A stretch of 64,000 bases of DNA, from the NCBI GenBank assembly GCA_015067005.1, contig SVNH01000007.1, positions 41,410 to 105,409 on the forward strand, in the 5' to 3' direction. The position numbers were made by a program, and so were the translations under genes. Numbering within the stretch: the first letter of the stretch is position 1; every line of letters starts with the position of its first letter. Of this stretch, positions 1 to 9,866 are shown one piece after another. The notes beneath the pieces were generated by a model that made no database searches, was not told where the DNA came from, and was given only the letters and a program-made list of their open reading frames with translations. The DNA comes from Ruminococcus flavefaciens. Lineage in GTDB: Bacteria > Bacillota > Clostridia > Oscillospirales > Ruminococcaceae.

Positions 1-1043
1 ACTGCAAGTCGCTTTTCCTCGGATGATGCAGCCATTACATAGCCTCCCGGACACATACAGAATGTGTAAAGAGAACGTCCGTCCGGCAAATGTACCGCAA
101 GCTTGTAATCGGCTGCTTTCAGTGCGGGATGTCCGGCAAAATCGCCGTACATAGCCTTGTCTATGTCCTTACGCAAATGCTCGATACGAACTCCGACTGC
201 AAATACTTTCTGCGAAAGGCTTACTTCATTTTCATAGAGAAGCTCAAACACATCGCGCGCACTGTGTCCTGTTGCAAGAATGACATTATCAGCTTCAATG
301 GTAAATAGTTCAGAATCCCGCTCATAAGTTACTGATACTATCCTGTCATCTGCTGTTTCGTAGCCGCAAAATCTTGCACCGAATTCAACTGTTCCGCCAA
401 GTGATATTACCCTCTCACGCAGTCGCTTTACTACCTCACGCAGTTTATCAGTTCCGATATGAGGCTTTGCAAGATACCGTATTTCTTCAGGTGCTCCGAA
501 CTCTACAAGGCGTTCAGTCACCCAGCCTATACGCTTGTCCTTGATGCCTGTTGTCAGTTTTCCGTCGGAAAATGTACCTGCTCCACCCTCTCCGAACTGT
601 ACATTGCATTCAGTATCAAGTATGCCTTCATTGCGGAATCTTTCTACCTTTTCACATCTTGTATCAACATCATATCCGCGCTCAAGCACAACAGGTCTCG
701 CACCTGACATGGCAAGCACAAGCGCAGCATACATCCCAGCTGGTCCGAATCCCACAACGACAGGTCTCTTGCATCCGGACTTGACTGGTTCGATATTATA
801 GACGTATTCCTTGACTGCTGCTGCATTTTTAAGACGTTTAAGCAGAGAGGCTTCATTATCCGTTTCTATATCAAGTGACAATACAAAGTGTACATCACTT
901 TTCTTTCTGGCATCTACTGATTTCTTTGAAAGCTTCACGCTTTTTATATGTCCGGCATCTATTCTGAGCTTCCTTGCACATAAAGCTGTAAGGTCAGAGA
1001 GGTCTTCATCAAGTGCCGCCTTTATACTGCCTATCCTTATCAT
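1..1043 (-). CDS. FAD-dependent oxidoreductase (COG2509-like); 3' part lies beyond the window edge
   Basis: Absent from the ORF track because no stop falls inside the window. Manual minus-strand translation from ATG at 1043 gives an uninterrupted frame: MIRIGSIKAALDEDLS...RPVVVGFGPAGMYAALVLA (GxGxxG fold)...FCMCPGGYVMAAS, running to nt 1. The ATG overlaps the TGA of the upstream gene (ATGA at 1040-1043). Confidence 0.75.
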   Translation of the reverse strand, partial: MIRIGSIKAALDEDLSDLTALCARKLRIDAGHIKSVKLSKKSVDARKKSDVHFVLSLDIETDNEASLLKRLKNAAAVKEYVYNIEPVKSGCKRPVVVGFGPAGMYAALVLAMSGARPVVLERGYDVDTRCEKVERFRNEGILDTECNVQFGEGGAGTFSDGKLTTGIKDKRIGWVTERLVEFGAPEEIRYLAKPHIGTDKLREVVKRLRERVISLGGTVEFGARFCGYETADDRIVSVTYERDSELFTIEADNVILATGHSARDVFELLYENEVSLSQKVFAVGVRIEHLRKDIDKAMYGDFAGHPALKAADYKLAVHLPDGRSLYTFCMCPGGYVMAASSEEKRLA

Positions 1044-2278
1044 TTTCTTTCACCTTTCAAAGATAATGCACAGTTTCTTCCGGCAATTGCTCCGGATGTC
1101 CACGCCCATTGCAGATTGTAGCCGCCGCAGTCTCCGACTGTATCCACTATCTCACCGCAGAAATATATCCCCTTTTCACGCCGTGAAGCAAGTCTGCCGT
1201 CTATCTCAGATGCGTGTATACCGCCATGTGTAGCCTGTGCGCTCTGCCATGAGGATGTTCCAGTTATACTGAAACCGCACCTCTTTATCAGCTTAGCGAC
1301 TGCGTTCATACCGTCTCTTCCGATTGATGATATAGGCGTGTTCATATTGATTCCGAGTGCTCGTTTTGCTATATATATCGCAAGATTCTTTGTAAATAAG
1401 CCTGTCAGCAGTTCATCCGCGCCAAGCTCCGGGCGCTGTTTCTTTATATCCATGAGATAGTCATATAGCTGTTCGGACGAAAACTCGGGTGCAAGATCAA
1501 GACTGAGAGTTAGTTCTCCCTCATGTTCGCTCAGCAGATAAGCCATATTGAATACGCATATGCCCGAAAGAGAATTCTCAGTAAACTGCACTTCTCCGTT
1601 TTCTTCACGAAGCAGCTTACCTCTGCTGTATGCCGAAACCTTGCACTTTGCGCGTACACCCTTCAGTCCTTTCAGACTATCCGGCGAAGTCCTCAGAGGT
1701 GCGACCGCCGGTACTATCTTACTGACCTTATATCCCTTTTCACGCATAAGCTTTATCATACTGCCATCTGTTCCGCAAGAAGGTGCAGCATATCCGCCGG
1801 CGGCTATTATAACACGCTTTGCAGTTACCTTCTCGCCGTTTTCGGCTGTAACTGTGTAAGCGTTCGGTCCGCATTTTATGTCAACCGCTCTGAAGCCGCT
1901 GATAACTTCAACACCAAGTGCCGCAAGCCTGATCCTCAGCGCGTTGAGAACCGAAGCCGCACTGTTGCTGTAAGGGTATATTCTTCCCTGCTCATCATAA
2001 GAACAAAGAAGTCCAAGCTCCGAGAAAAACTCATCAGCAGACTGACAGCCCTCCATATACTTCACAGCTTCAACTGATCCGTGGTAATTCTTCCCGGTAA
2101 TACTGCGATTGCTGAGATTACATCTGCCGTTTCCGGTGGAAAGTATCTTCTTACCGATGCGATCAAGCCTTTCACAAATAACAACTCTGAGACGCATATC
2201 AGTCTTTTTTGCTTCAATTGCCGCAGCTATGCCTGAAGCACCGCCTCCTATTATCACTATATCAGCCTGCATTCTCAC
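1040..2278 (-). CDS. NAD(P)/FAD-dependent oxidoreductase, HI0933/BaiN-like flavoprotein
   Basis: 412-aa ORF. N-terminal DIVIIGGGASGIAAA dinucleotide-binding motif. C-terminal GEIVDTVGDCGGYNLQWAWTSG is typical of the HI0933 family. Confidence 0.85.
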   Translation of the reverse strand: MRMQADIVIIGGGASGIAAAIEAKKTDMRLRVVICERLDRIGKKILSTGNGRCNLSNRSITGKNYHGSVEAVKYMEGCQSADEFFSELGLLCSYDEQGRIYPYSNSAASVLNALRIRLAALGVEVISGFRAVDIKCGPNAYTVTAENGEKVTAKRVIIAAGGYAAPSCGTDGSMIKLMREKGYKVSKIVPAVAPLRTSPDSLKGLKGVRAKCKVSAYSRGKLLREENGEVQFTENSLSGICVFNMAYLLSEHEGELTLSLDLAPEFSSEQLYDYLMDIKKQRPELGADELLTGLFTKNLAIYIAKRALGINMNTPISSIGRDGMNAVAKLIKRCGFSITGTSSWQSAQATHGGIHASEIDGRLASRREKGIYFCGEIVDTVGDCGGYNLQWAWTSGAIAGRNCALSLKGERK

Positions 2279-2293
2279 ATCACCTTTTTACTT

Positions 2294-3187
2294 TCATTCC
2301 GGCATCAATTCTATTACTGCTACTTCAGGACGATTATTGAATCTTATCGGAAACGGCGAATCACCAAGTCCTGATGTTATAAACATCTGCCCGCCTTTAT
2401 AATCGAAAAGGCCTTTGTCATAGACCTTCATATCTTTGTCAAGTATCTCCGGAAACCATGCGCCTCCGTCAGGATAGAACACCGGTCCGAGGTCAAACGG
2501 AAGCTGTACCATACAGCCGTGAGTATCAGCACAAATCGTAAGGTCAGCACCGAAATGCTCAAACTTTTCAAAATTCGGAATATGAGCGAGAAGTATATTG
2601 TATTCATTTTCATCGGTATCGAATTCATTGTGAAGATCAAAGGTGTCGCTGTAATACACATTGTCTATTCCGAAAACTCTTATATTATTCCCTTTCAGCT
2701 CTAACTTTTCCGAGCGATAATCAAGAACATGAACTCCGATCGCTTTCAGCTTTTTGATGTAGCTGAGGTCTGTATCATGCTCACCGGACACAAAGTAGAC
2801 CGGGTATTTGTCATCAACCAGTGACTTTGCAAGTTCGACCGGTATATCACGTATCTCAGCAGAACTGTCACGCGTATACATATCTCCGAGTATGAATACT
2901 GCATCCGGTTCTGTGCTTTCTACCTTTTTCAGTATACGTCTGTTGCTTATACTGAGCTTGTGGGCGTGCTGATCGCTTATTACAGCTATCCTTACCGGTT
3001 CTTTTATCTTATTTGAGTGGAGCGTTACTGTATTTATCCTTATGGTGTAATTATTGAACCACCATATCAGCAATAATACTGTAAGCACTGCCGCTACTCT
3101 GAAAAGGCTGAATTTCTTTTTCTTTTTATTCTTGGCTTTATGTTCGGGCTTGCCTTCCAGAGGTATATTTATCTCTTTTTCATCCAT
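2294..3187 (-). CDS. membrane-anchored metallophosphoesterase
   Basis: 297 aa with an N-terminal Lys-rich stretch and a TM helix. Calcineurin-like motifs are present: ISDQHAH, LGDMYT, SGEHD, CADTHG. Confidence 0.8.
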   Translation of the reverse strand: MDEKEINIPLEGKPEHKAKNKKKKKFSLFRVAAVLTVLLLIWWFNNYTIRINTVTLHSNKIKEPVRIAVISDQHAHKLSISNRRILKKVESTEPDAVFILGDMYTRDSSAEIRDIPVELAKSLVDDKYPVYFVSGEHDTDLSYIKKLKAIGVHVLDYRSEKLELKGNNIRVFGIDNVYYSDTFDLHNEFDTDENEYNILLAHIPNFEKFEHFGADLTICADTHGCMVQLPFDLGPVFYPDGGAWFPEILDKDMKVYDKGLFDYKGGQMFITSGLGDSPFPIRFNNRPEVAVIELMPE

Positions 3188-4113
3188 TAGTTTTGTTCCT
3201 TAATCTGTTCTTTAACATATACATCAAGCTGATTGAACGGTATCACTATTCCGTTCTCATCGAATACTCTCTTTACTGTTTCTATCATATCATAGCGAAC
3301 TGTAAAATAATCGGCGTTGTTTGTCCATACAAGTACGTCTATCGAGACCGAACTCTCATTATGCGAGCTCATACGCACGATCGAAGCCGGATTCTTTAGT
3401 ATCATCTTATTCTCTTCTATTGCTTTGAGTATGAGTTCACGCGCCTTGCCGTAATCAGCAGAATAACTGATCGAAAACTTCATATCTACACGTATTACCG
3501 GACTTGATGTGAAATTCACTATCTTGCCGTCCGAGACCTTTCCGTTCGGAATAAATACAGTCTTGTTATCAAACGTAATAAGCTTTGTGTAAAGTATGCT
3601 TATTGATTCAACTCTTCCGAGTGAGCCGTCCACTTCAAGAAGATCTCCGGCTACAAACGGCTTCGAGAAAAGTATTATGAATCCGCCGGCAAGATTTGAA
3701 AGGCAGTTCTGCAATGCAAGTGATATGGCAAGTCCTGCCGCACCAAATATCGTGATTATCGAAGACATCGGCACCTTCAGCGCAGACAGCACCATTATCA
3801 TTACATTTACGTAAAGAATTATCTTTATCAGCGACAACAAAAAACTCTTAGCCGCATTGTCTATATTTGAACGCTTCATAGTGCGATTCACGATACGCAT
3901 TATTACCTTGACCGTTATTATTCCGACTATCATTAAAGTAAGCGCCATAAAAATTGCTGGCAGCGCACTCTTGAATCTGTCCGCTGCGCGTTCAAGTATG
4001 CTTGTTGTCTTTTCGACCTGCTCCTGAATCGCAGTTATAGTAGTCGTAGCCGCTGTATTGTCCGATGCATCAGTTACAGCCTCAGTAACAGTCTCTTCAA
4101 CCAAATCTATCAC
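3187..4113 (-). CDS. mscS: small-conductance mechanosensitive channel (MscS family)
   Basis: 308 aa with three TM helices, then a GDLLEVDGSLGRVESISILYTKLITFDNKTVFIPNGKV beta-domain. The track start is GTG at 4113 with an SD directly adjacent; a TTG at 4104 is an alternative start. Confidence 0.85.
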   Translation of the reverse strand: MIDLVEETVTEAVTDASDNTAATTTITAIQEQVEKTTSILERAADRFKSALPAIFMALTLMIVGIITVKVIMRIVNRTMKRSNIDNAAKSFLLSLIKIILYVNVMIMVLSALKVPMSSIITIFGAAGLAISLALQNCLSNLAGGFIILFSKPFVAGDLLEVDGSLGRVESISILYTKLITFDNKTVFIPNGKVSDGKIVNFTSSPVIRVDMKFSISYSADYGKARELILKAIEENKMILKNPASIVRMSSHNESSVSIDVLVWTNNADYFTVRYDMIETVKRVFDENGIVIPFNQLDVYVKEQIKEQN

Positions 4114-4240
4114 TCTCCATAGTTGGGATTATTATAAATTCATACACTTTTTATTATAGCAGATTAGTATGCAAAGGTCAATATATTTCCTGATTTATGG
4201 GCAAGCAATAATGTTAAATAAATAAAATTAATATCAGGTG

Positions 4241-4269
4241 TTGCATTTTTCACTGAAATATGATAATAT
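4241..4269 (+). promoter_or_regulatory. sigma-A type promoter for tRNA-Arg(CCT)
   Basis: TTGCAT (4241-4246), 17-nt spacer, TAATAT (4264-4269) preceded by a TG extended -10. It lies 11 nt upstream of the tRNA 5' end. Confidence 0.6.
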
Positions 4270-4280
4270 AATTATGTTGT

Positions 4281-4357
4281 GTCCCAATAGCTCAGTAGGA
4301 TAGAGCGACTGCCTCCTAAGCAGTAGGCCGGAGGTTCGACTCCTCTTTGGGACGCCA
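4281..4357 (+). tRNA. tRNA-Arg (anticodon CCT)
   Basis: Hand-folded cloverleaf: acceptor GTCCCAA/TTGGGAC, TA-GCTC D arm, anticodon loop CT-CCT-AA, T arm GGAGGTTCGACTCCTC, encoded CCA. Confidence 0.9.
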
Positions 4358-4368
4358 GCACAGTGCCT

Positions 4369-4397
4369 GTGCCCCCTTCCACGGGGGCACTCGTTTT
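4369..4397 (+). terminator. intrinsic terminator after tRNA-Arg(CCT); part of a repeated tRNA-trailer element
   Basis: GTGCCCCC-TTCCAC-GGGGGCAC stem-loop followed by TCGTTTT. Confidence 0.7.
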
Positions 4398-4528
4398 ACT
4401 CGTTCACTCTGTACGAAATTGCTACTCTGCTTTCGCTCACGGCACTCTCATCAGTTTTCTTACACACAAACAGCGAAGCCCCCGCGGGCGGACACATTGC
4501 CGCTCGTACAGGCTTTTTCGTAATATAA

Positions 4529-4555
4529 AAGGTCACTGCATTACGCAGTGACCTT
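4529..4555 (-). terminator. intrinsic terminator downstream of pta
   Basis: AAGGTCACTGC / GCAGTGACCTT 11-bp stem, followed on the minus strand by TTTTATATT. Confidence 0.7.
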
Positions 4556-4579
4556 AATTCTTTTATTATTTCCAAGTAA

Positions 4580-5596
4580 TCAAGCCATACCAGCTGTGAT
4601 GATAGCCATTTTGTATACTTCATCAGCTGTACAGCCTCTTGAGAGATCGTTGATAGGAGCATTAAGTCCCTGAAGGATAGGACCGTAAGCCTCAAATCCG
4701 CCGAGTCTCTGAGCGATCTTGTAGCCGATGTTACCAGCCTCGATGAGCGGGAAGATGAATGTATTAGCCTGTCCTGCAACCTTTGAGTCAGGGCACTTTG
4801 TCTTTGCAACTTCTGCTGAAACTGCTGCATCGAACTGGAATTCGCCGTCGATAACGAGATTTGGATCAAGCTGACGTGCTTCGATAACAGCATCGTGGCT
4901 GAGCTGTACTGTACCGCCCTTGCCTGAGCCGTATGTTGAGAAGCTGAGAACTGCTACCTTTGGATCAATGCCGAAGAAATCAGCTGTTCTTGCTGTTTCA
5001 ACAGCAACCTCTGCAAGCTGTCTTGCAGCTGAGAGTACAACATTACCGTCTTTATCGAGTCTGTCTGAGTAGCTGAGGTTGATAGCACAGTCGCCCATTG
5101 CTATCTTCTCTTCCTTACCTTCCTTTTCTCTGAAAAGGATGAATGAAGAACTTACAAGGTTTGAGCCCTTCTTGGTCTTGATTATCTGGAGAGCAGGTCT
5201 TACAGTATCAGCTGTTGAATATGTTGCACCTCCGAGAAGAGCATCTGCCTTTCCTGCCTTTACGAGCATTGTTCCGAAGTAGTTAGACTTCTGAAGGAAT
5301 GAGCGGCACTCATCCTCTGTCATCTTGCCCTTTCTGAGCTCAAACATCTGTGAAACAAGTGCTTCCATCTCAGGATATGTTGCAGGATCGAGTATCTCAG
5401 CACCTTCGATATTGAAACCGCCTGCTGATGCTGCGGACTTTACTTCTTCTACGTTTCCGCAGAGGATAACTCCCATAAGACCTTCCTTGAGGAGTCTGTC
5501 AGCAGCTGAAAGTATGCGGTTATCGCTGCCCTCAGTGAAAACGATCGTCTTTTTACTTGATTTCAGATTAGCTATAAGCTTGTCAAACATTCCCAT
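4580..5596 (-). CDS. pta: phosphate acetyltransferase
   Basis: MGMFDKLIANLKSSKKTIVFTEGSDNRIL... is typical of short-form Pta. The start is moved to ATG 5596, which has GGAGG 8 nt upstream; the track start at 5611 is a TTG lying inside the SD. Confidence 0.9.
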   Translation of the reverse strand: MGMFDKLIANLKSSKKTIVFTEGSDNRILSAADRLLKEGLMGVILCGNVEEVKSAASAGGFNIEGAEILDPATYPEMEALVSQMFELRKGKMTEDECRSFLQKSNYFGTMLVKAGKADALLGGATYSTADTVRPALQIIKTKKGSNLVSSSFILFREKEGKEEKIAMGDCAINLSYSDRLDKDGNVVLSAARQLAEVAVETARTADFFGIDPKVAVLSFSTYGSGKGGTVQLSHDAVIEARQLDPNLVIDGEFQFDAAVSAEVAKTKCPDSKVAGQANTFIFPLIEAGNIGYKIAQRLGGFEAYGPILQGLNAPINDLSRGCTADEVYKMAIITAGMA

Positions 5597-5699
5597 GTGT
5601 TTAACCTCCAAAAAATATATTATGTTATTATTATATCACACGATGCTGCTGTTTTCAATACCCTGTTTGATTTTTCTTTCAAAATCCGGATATTCAGCT

Positions 5700-6644
5700 T
5701 TATTTCTGATATTTTTTATTCAAATATGAATAGATGCTTTCTGTATGGTCAGGACTGCTGATATAGCTGCAATAGCCGAGAAGCGTGGATGCATCGACAT
5801 TGGTATATCTGCCGTCGCAGTTAATATCGGCTGCAATAAGCTGTGCCTCTGACAAGCCGGTCTCCTTGTTGTTAGCAAGTTTTGAACAAGCTGTCAGTAT
5901 CTTTGAAGCATCTGTAACATTCCAGCGCTCATTATTGTCGATGTCTCCGAGTTCACGGTCAGAAACCGCAAATTTTACTCCCTTTGCGGTGTTCTTGTTA
6001 TATTTGTATTCACGGAAAGGCGGATCTATTTGGGGAGTCTGGAGGACGCCGTATGTGAACAGATCCGTAGTTTTGCCTGTCTGCGGATCAATATCGCCGG
6101 AAAATACGAAATCTACGCTATGAACGCCTATCTCAACATCCTTTGCGATATCAATATCAAACTCTGCAAGGCATACAGGTGATTCAAGATCATTTGCGCG
6201 TCCAAGCGGCTGTGTAGTCGTTCCGCCTCTATAATATGAAGCGGAGCAGAAGTTTGTATTCTCGATCTGATACACATTGTCTGCAAAGTCACTCGGCTCA
6301 GTGTACTGAGTAAAGGGTGAACCGTAGCCTGCTGCCATCGGATCTTTAAGATCAGACAGTGTTATGTACTTATCCTGAGTATTCCATCTTGTGAAAATAC
6401 CGCCTGTCTGAGCAGTTACATCCTTGAAGTTGACATTAGCTCTGTATTTTATTGTATCAGTATTGATCTTGTTCTGGTTTATATAGCCGTAATTCGATGT
6501 AATTGACCAATAGCCGTTCCACGATCTGAGTTTCATTGAAACTGACGGCACGTATGTTGCAAGGTCAACAGCAGATGAAGTCATTGCAGGAACAGAAGCA
6601 GCAACAATTACAGAAGCGGATAATATTGATATTAATTTCTTCAT
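5700..6644 (-). CDS. secreted cohesin-like beta-sandwich protein with C-terminal dockerin
   Basis: Signal peptide MKKLISILSASVIVAASVPA. C-terminal duplicated Ca-binding segments GDIDNNERWNVTDASKIL ... ADINCDGRYTNVDASTLL. The segment SPVCLAEFDIDIAKDVEIGVHSVDFVF resembles the last strands of cohesins. Confidence 0.6.
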   Translation of the reverse strand: MKKLISILSASVIVAASVPAMTSSAVDLATYVPSVSMKLRSWNGYWSITSNYGYINQNKINTDTIKYRANVNFKDVTAQTGGIFTRWNTQDKYITLSDLKDPMAAGYGSPFTQYTEPSDFADNVYQIENTNFCSASYYRGGTTTQPLGRANDLESPVCLAEFDIDIAKDVEIGVHSVDFVFSGDIDPQTGKTTDLFTYGVLQTPQIDPPFREYKYNKNTAKGVKFAVSDRELGDIDNNERWNVTDASKILTACSKLANNKETGLSEAQLIAADINCDGRYTNVDASTLLGYCSYISSPDHTESIYSYLNKKYQK

Positions 6645-6807
6645 TTTTTCTCCTCTTTCATTATTAATTTTGAAAAGATACCTGTCTTTCCTATCGCATA
6701 CTATTCTAACACATCCAACAACTAAAAGTCAAGTATCATTTTTATGCATATCTATAAATTTTATTCACAATAAGCAAAATATGGCAATTAATTAGCAATG
6801 AAATATC

Positions 6808-6836
6808 TTGACAATTCTTCACTAATATGTTAAAAT
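6808..6836 (+). promoter_or_regulatory. sigma-A type promoter of the TetR gene
   Basis: TTGACA (6808-6813), 17-nt spacer, TAAAAT (6831-6836). Confidence 0.55.
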
Positions 6837-6880
6837 AACTTCTATAAGCAGCAAAATTGTCCTGTAATGGAGGAATTGAA

Positions 6881-7528
6881 ATGAAAACTGAAGTTATTAA
6901 TGAAAGTATGAAAACAAGGCGCATAAACCGCGCTGTCGCTATTTCTGCCGATCTGTTCCTTAAACGCGGCATCGACAATGTCAAAATGACTGATATTGCG
7001 GATGTCAGCGGTGTCGGCGTTGCTACACTTTATCGCTATTTTGGTACCAAGACTGGTATAACAATAGCTGCAATGACACACCTCTGGAACGAACTCAACA
7101 ATATGTTCAGCGGCATATTTGAATCGGAAGTATTCAGAAAGCAGACAGGTCTGAAGCAGCTTACCGACCTTATGCGTATGTATATCGTTCTTTATGAGGC
7201 TCATAAGGACTTCATGAAGCTGCTCGGCGAGTTCGATCTCATTATGCTCCGTGATAATGTCCCTAAGGATGAGCTTATTGACTACGAACGCTCTATTATC
7301 AATTTCTATGAGGTTTACGAATCTGCCTGCAAGGTAGGTATCGCTGACGGTACTATACGTGATGACATCGACTTAAAACTCGTTTATCTCACTTACGGTC
7401 ACTCGATGATGGAGCTCGGCAAGAAACTCATCCGCGGCGAGATACTCCCTTCCGATAACTTCTCAGAGGGCAGTTCAGAGCTCTCTATGCTTATCGAAAT
7501 GGCAGCCTCATACATCAGAAAAAAGTGA
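6881..7528 (+). CDS. TetR/AcrR family transcriptional regulator
   Basis: N-terminal HTH: RAVAISADLFLKRGIDNVKMTDIADVSGVGVATLYRYFGTK. The start is set at ATG 6881, which has GGAGG 8 nt upstream. Confidence 0.85.
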   Translation: MKTEVINESMKTRRINRAVAISADLFLKRGIDNVKMTDIADVSGVGVATLYRYFGTKTGITIAAMTHLWNELNNMFSGIFESEVFRKQTGLKQLTDLMRMYIVLYEAHKDFMKLLGEFDLIMLRDNVPKDELIDYERSIINFYEVYESACKVGIADGTIRDDIDLKLVYLTYGHSMMELGKKLIRGEILPSDNFSEGSSELSMLIEMAASYIRKK

Positions 7529-7584
7529 TTTTAGTTCCTGACCGGAAGTTCGCTCCCTAACGGTTGACACTTATAGTATTAAAA

Positions 7585-7615
7585 ACACCCACGCTACATA
7601 ATGTAACGCGGGTGT
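7585..7615. terminator. bidirectional intrinsic terminator between the TetR gene and prs
   Basis: ACACCCACG...CGCGGGTGT stem with T-runs on both strands. Confidence 0.6.
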
Positions 7616-7660
7616 TTGTGTTTATATTCAGTAAATAGGCAGAATAAGCATCAGCTTATA

Positions 7661-8818
7661 TTACTTCATGCCGTACTTTTTAAGAAGACTTTCGATTTTC
7701 TCGTGAGGATCAATGATCTTTCCGATAGACACATCGTGATTGATAGCTTCAATGAAATATGCGATATACTTGGAAACATCTACCTCATGGAACCATGGTC
7801 TGCTGAGAAGCTCAGGTGTTCTGTAAGTAAGGTTTGTACCGAATACGCCGTCGATTATGCCATCCTTATAAGCCTTGTCAAACTTGTCCAGACCATTAGT
7901 GAAAATAGCATATGTAGCGTAAGCAAAGATCCTGCCAGCCTTTTTCTCCTTAAGAGCATATGCAAGATCAAGCATAGATTCGCCGGATGAGATAATATCA
8001 TCAGAAACGAAGATGTCCTTGCCTTCAACAGGATTTCCGAGGTATTCATGTGCAACGATAGGATTGCGTCCATTGACGATTGTTGAATAGTCACGGCGCT
8101 TGTAGAACATTCCCATTTCAACGCCAAGAACAGAAGCATAGTACATATTTCTGTTGAGTGCGCCCTCGTCAGGACTTACTACCATAAAGTTTTCCTTATT
8201 GAAATTGATGTCCTTGATGTCCTTGAGCATTGCCTTGAGCACCTGATATGTAGGCATTACATTATCAAATCCCATAAGCGGAACTGCGTTCTGAACGCGA
8301 GGATCGTGAGCGTCAAATGTTACGATATTAGATACGCCCATTGCCTCAAGCTCCTGAAGTGCACAAGCACAGTCAAGTGACTCACGGTAGCTTCTTCTGT
8401 GCTGTCTGCCGCCATAGAGAATAGGCATTATTACAGTTATACGGTGTGCCTTGCCGCTTGCTGCCTGAATGATCCTCTTCAGATCCTGGAAATGATCGTC
8501 AGGAGACATTGCATTCTGCATACCGAAATAATCATACTTTATATTATAATTTCCGACATCAACGATGATGAAGAGATCCTTTCCGCGGATAGTAGACTTG
8601 ATAAGTCCCTTACCATCGCCGGATGAAAATCTCGGGCACTCGCTCTCCAGCAGGAAAGTATCAACATTGATACCGCCCTTGCCAGCCCAGTCAACGAGAT
8701 AGCTGTCGATCTTGTCACCGAGTTCGGTAACGCTGTTCATAGCAATGATTCCGATGGGGGCAACATTAGAGCTGCTGCCGAATAAAATTTCACTTGAAGC
8801 TGTCATAAGCATTTTCAC
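7661..8818 (-). CDS. prs: ribose-phosphate pyrophosphokinase (long form)
   Basis: 385 aa. PRPP-binding loop VSDDIISSGESMLD. The RQHRRS / FDAHDP segments are typical of Prs. Confidence 0.8.
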   Translation of the reverse strand: MKMLMTASSEILFGSSSNVAPIGIIAMNSVTELGDKIDSYLVDWAGKGGINVDTFLLESECPRFSSGDGKGLIKSTIRGKDLFIIVDVGNYNIKYDYFGMQNAMSPDDHFQDLKRIIQAASGKAHRITVIMPILYGGRQHRRSYRESLDCACALQELEAMGVSNIVTFDAHDPRVQNAVPLMGFDNVMPTYQVLKAMLKDIKDINFNKENFMVVSPDEGALNRNMYYASVLGVEMGMFYKRRDYSTIVNGRNPIVAHEYLGNPVEGKDIFVSDDIISSGESMLDLAYALKEKKAGRIFAYATYAIFTNGLDKFDKAYKDGIIDGVFGTNLTYRTPELLSRPWFHEVDVSKYIAYFIEAINHDVSIGKIIDPHEKIESLLKKYGMK

Positions 8819-8904
8819 CGCGCTGTCAGAGCAGCTGCGGTACTCCTTTCAGAATTTTAGTTACTTCCGCATCCGGCGGATGCATGATTTGGATCGGACT
8901 TCGT

Positions 8905-9435
8905 TCACTTGCAGAAATTGTCGATATACCTGTCAATATCGCTGGCGATAATCTCCTTTGCAACATCTGCGTGATCAATCTCATTAACTGCTGTCGTTTT
9001 ATTTTCAAGTTCCTTATAAACTGTGAAGAAATGAGTCATCTCATCGAAAACGTGTTTCGGCAACTGCTCAATATCCATATAGACATTATAGTTCGGATCA
9101 TCGAACGGAATGGCAATGATCTTGTCATCGCGGTGTCCGTTATCGAGCATTCTGATAACGCCGATAGGATAGCACCTTACAAGAGTCATAGGCATGAGCT
9201 TTTCGGAACACAGAACAAGAACATCAAGCGGGTCATTATCGTCAGAATACGTTCTTGGTATAAAGCCGTAATTCGCCGGATAATGTGTCGAGGTATGAAG
9301 GATGCGGTCCATTTTTATGAGACCTGTTTCCTTATCCAGTTCATACTTGATCTTGCTGCCTTTTCCGATCTCGATAACTGCATAGAACTCATCTGGATTG
9401 ATTCTTTTCGGACTGATATTATGCCAAATATTCAT
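8905..9435 (-). CDS. ppa: inorganic pyrophosphatase, family I
   Basis: MNIWHNISP...[22 protein letters not shown] signature. The start is set at ATG 9435 with a GGAGG SD. Confidence 0.9.
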   Translation of the reverse strand: MNIWHNISPKRINPDEFYAVIEIGKGSKIKYELDKETGLIKMDRILHTSTHYPANYGFIPRTYSDDNDPLDVLVLCSEKLMPMTLVRCYPIGVIRMLDNGHRDDKIIAIPFDDPNYNVYMDIEQLPKHVFDEMTHFFTVYKELENKTTAVNEIDHADVAKEIIASDIDRYIDNFCK

Positions 9436-9866
9436 AGAATTCCTCCGCAGCATTTACCGGTAAGTTTTCCGGTAGGATTCCGGATCCCCGTCTTGATGAC
9501 AGAGTTATCCCTCACTAATTAGTATACCATTTTTTTGCGATTTGTCAATAACGGCAGCGAATTTCGTCGATATGATATAAAAACTTGAAAAATGTCGTCA
9601 GTTTTTTAAGTCAATACCTCACAAATGATATGCAGAGTATAATTTCGTCGTATAAGTATCGACTGGTTGTAGATTATGCTCCTGTTATACTAAACGGAGA
9701 ATTAAATTAACAGAATGTTAATAATCTGATAAAGAATTGTACTTAAATTCTATTGATTTTTTACTTCAAATATTGTATAATATAGATAATCGTTTTACCG
9801 GCATGGGGATATTACGATTTGCCGGATCATGTTTCACGTTATACGAAAAGGGGTGCAGTCACCAGA

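Noticed and set aside
90-1233. Several short plus-strand ORFs at the left edge of the window.
   Set aside because: The minus strand carries one uninterrupted frame with clear FAD-oxidoreductase motifs from 1043 to the window edge. The plus-strand ORFs are shadow ORFs.
4396-4893. A 165-aa minus-strand ORF overlapping the pta 3' end and the tRNA-trailer region.
   Set aside because: It overlaps pta out of frame, runs through two terminator hairpins, and has a low-complexity Ser/Leu/Gln-rich product.
9454-9866. A long AT-rich leader upstream of the PBP1-GGDEF gene, examined for a riboswitch or other structured RNA.
   Set aside because: I could not recognise a conserved riboswitch core or any convincing stem architecture by eye. 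A covariance-model scan (Rfam/Infernal) would be needed to say more.
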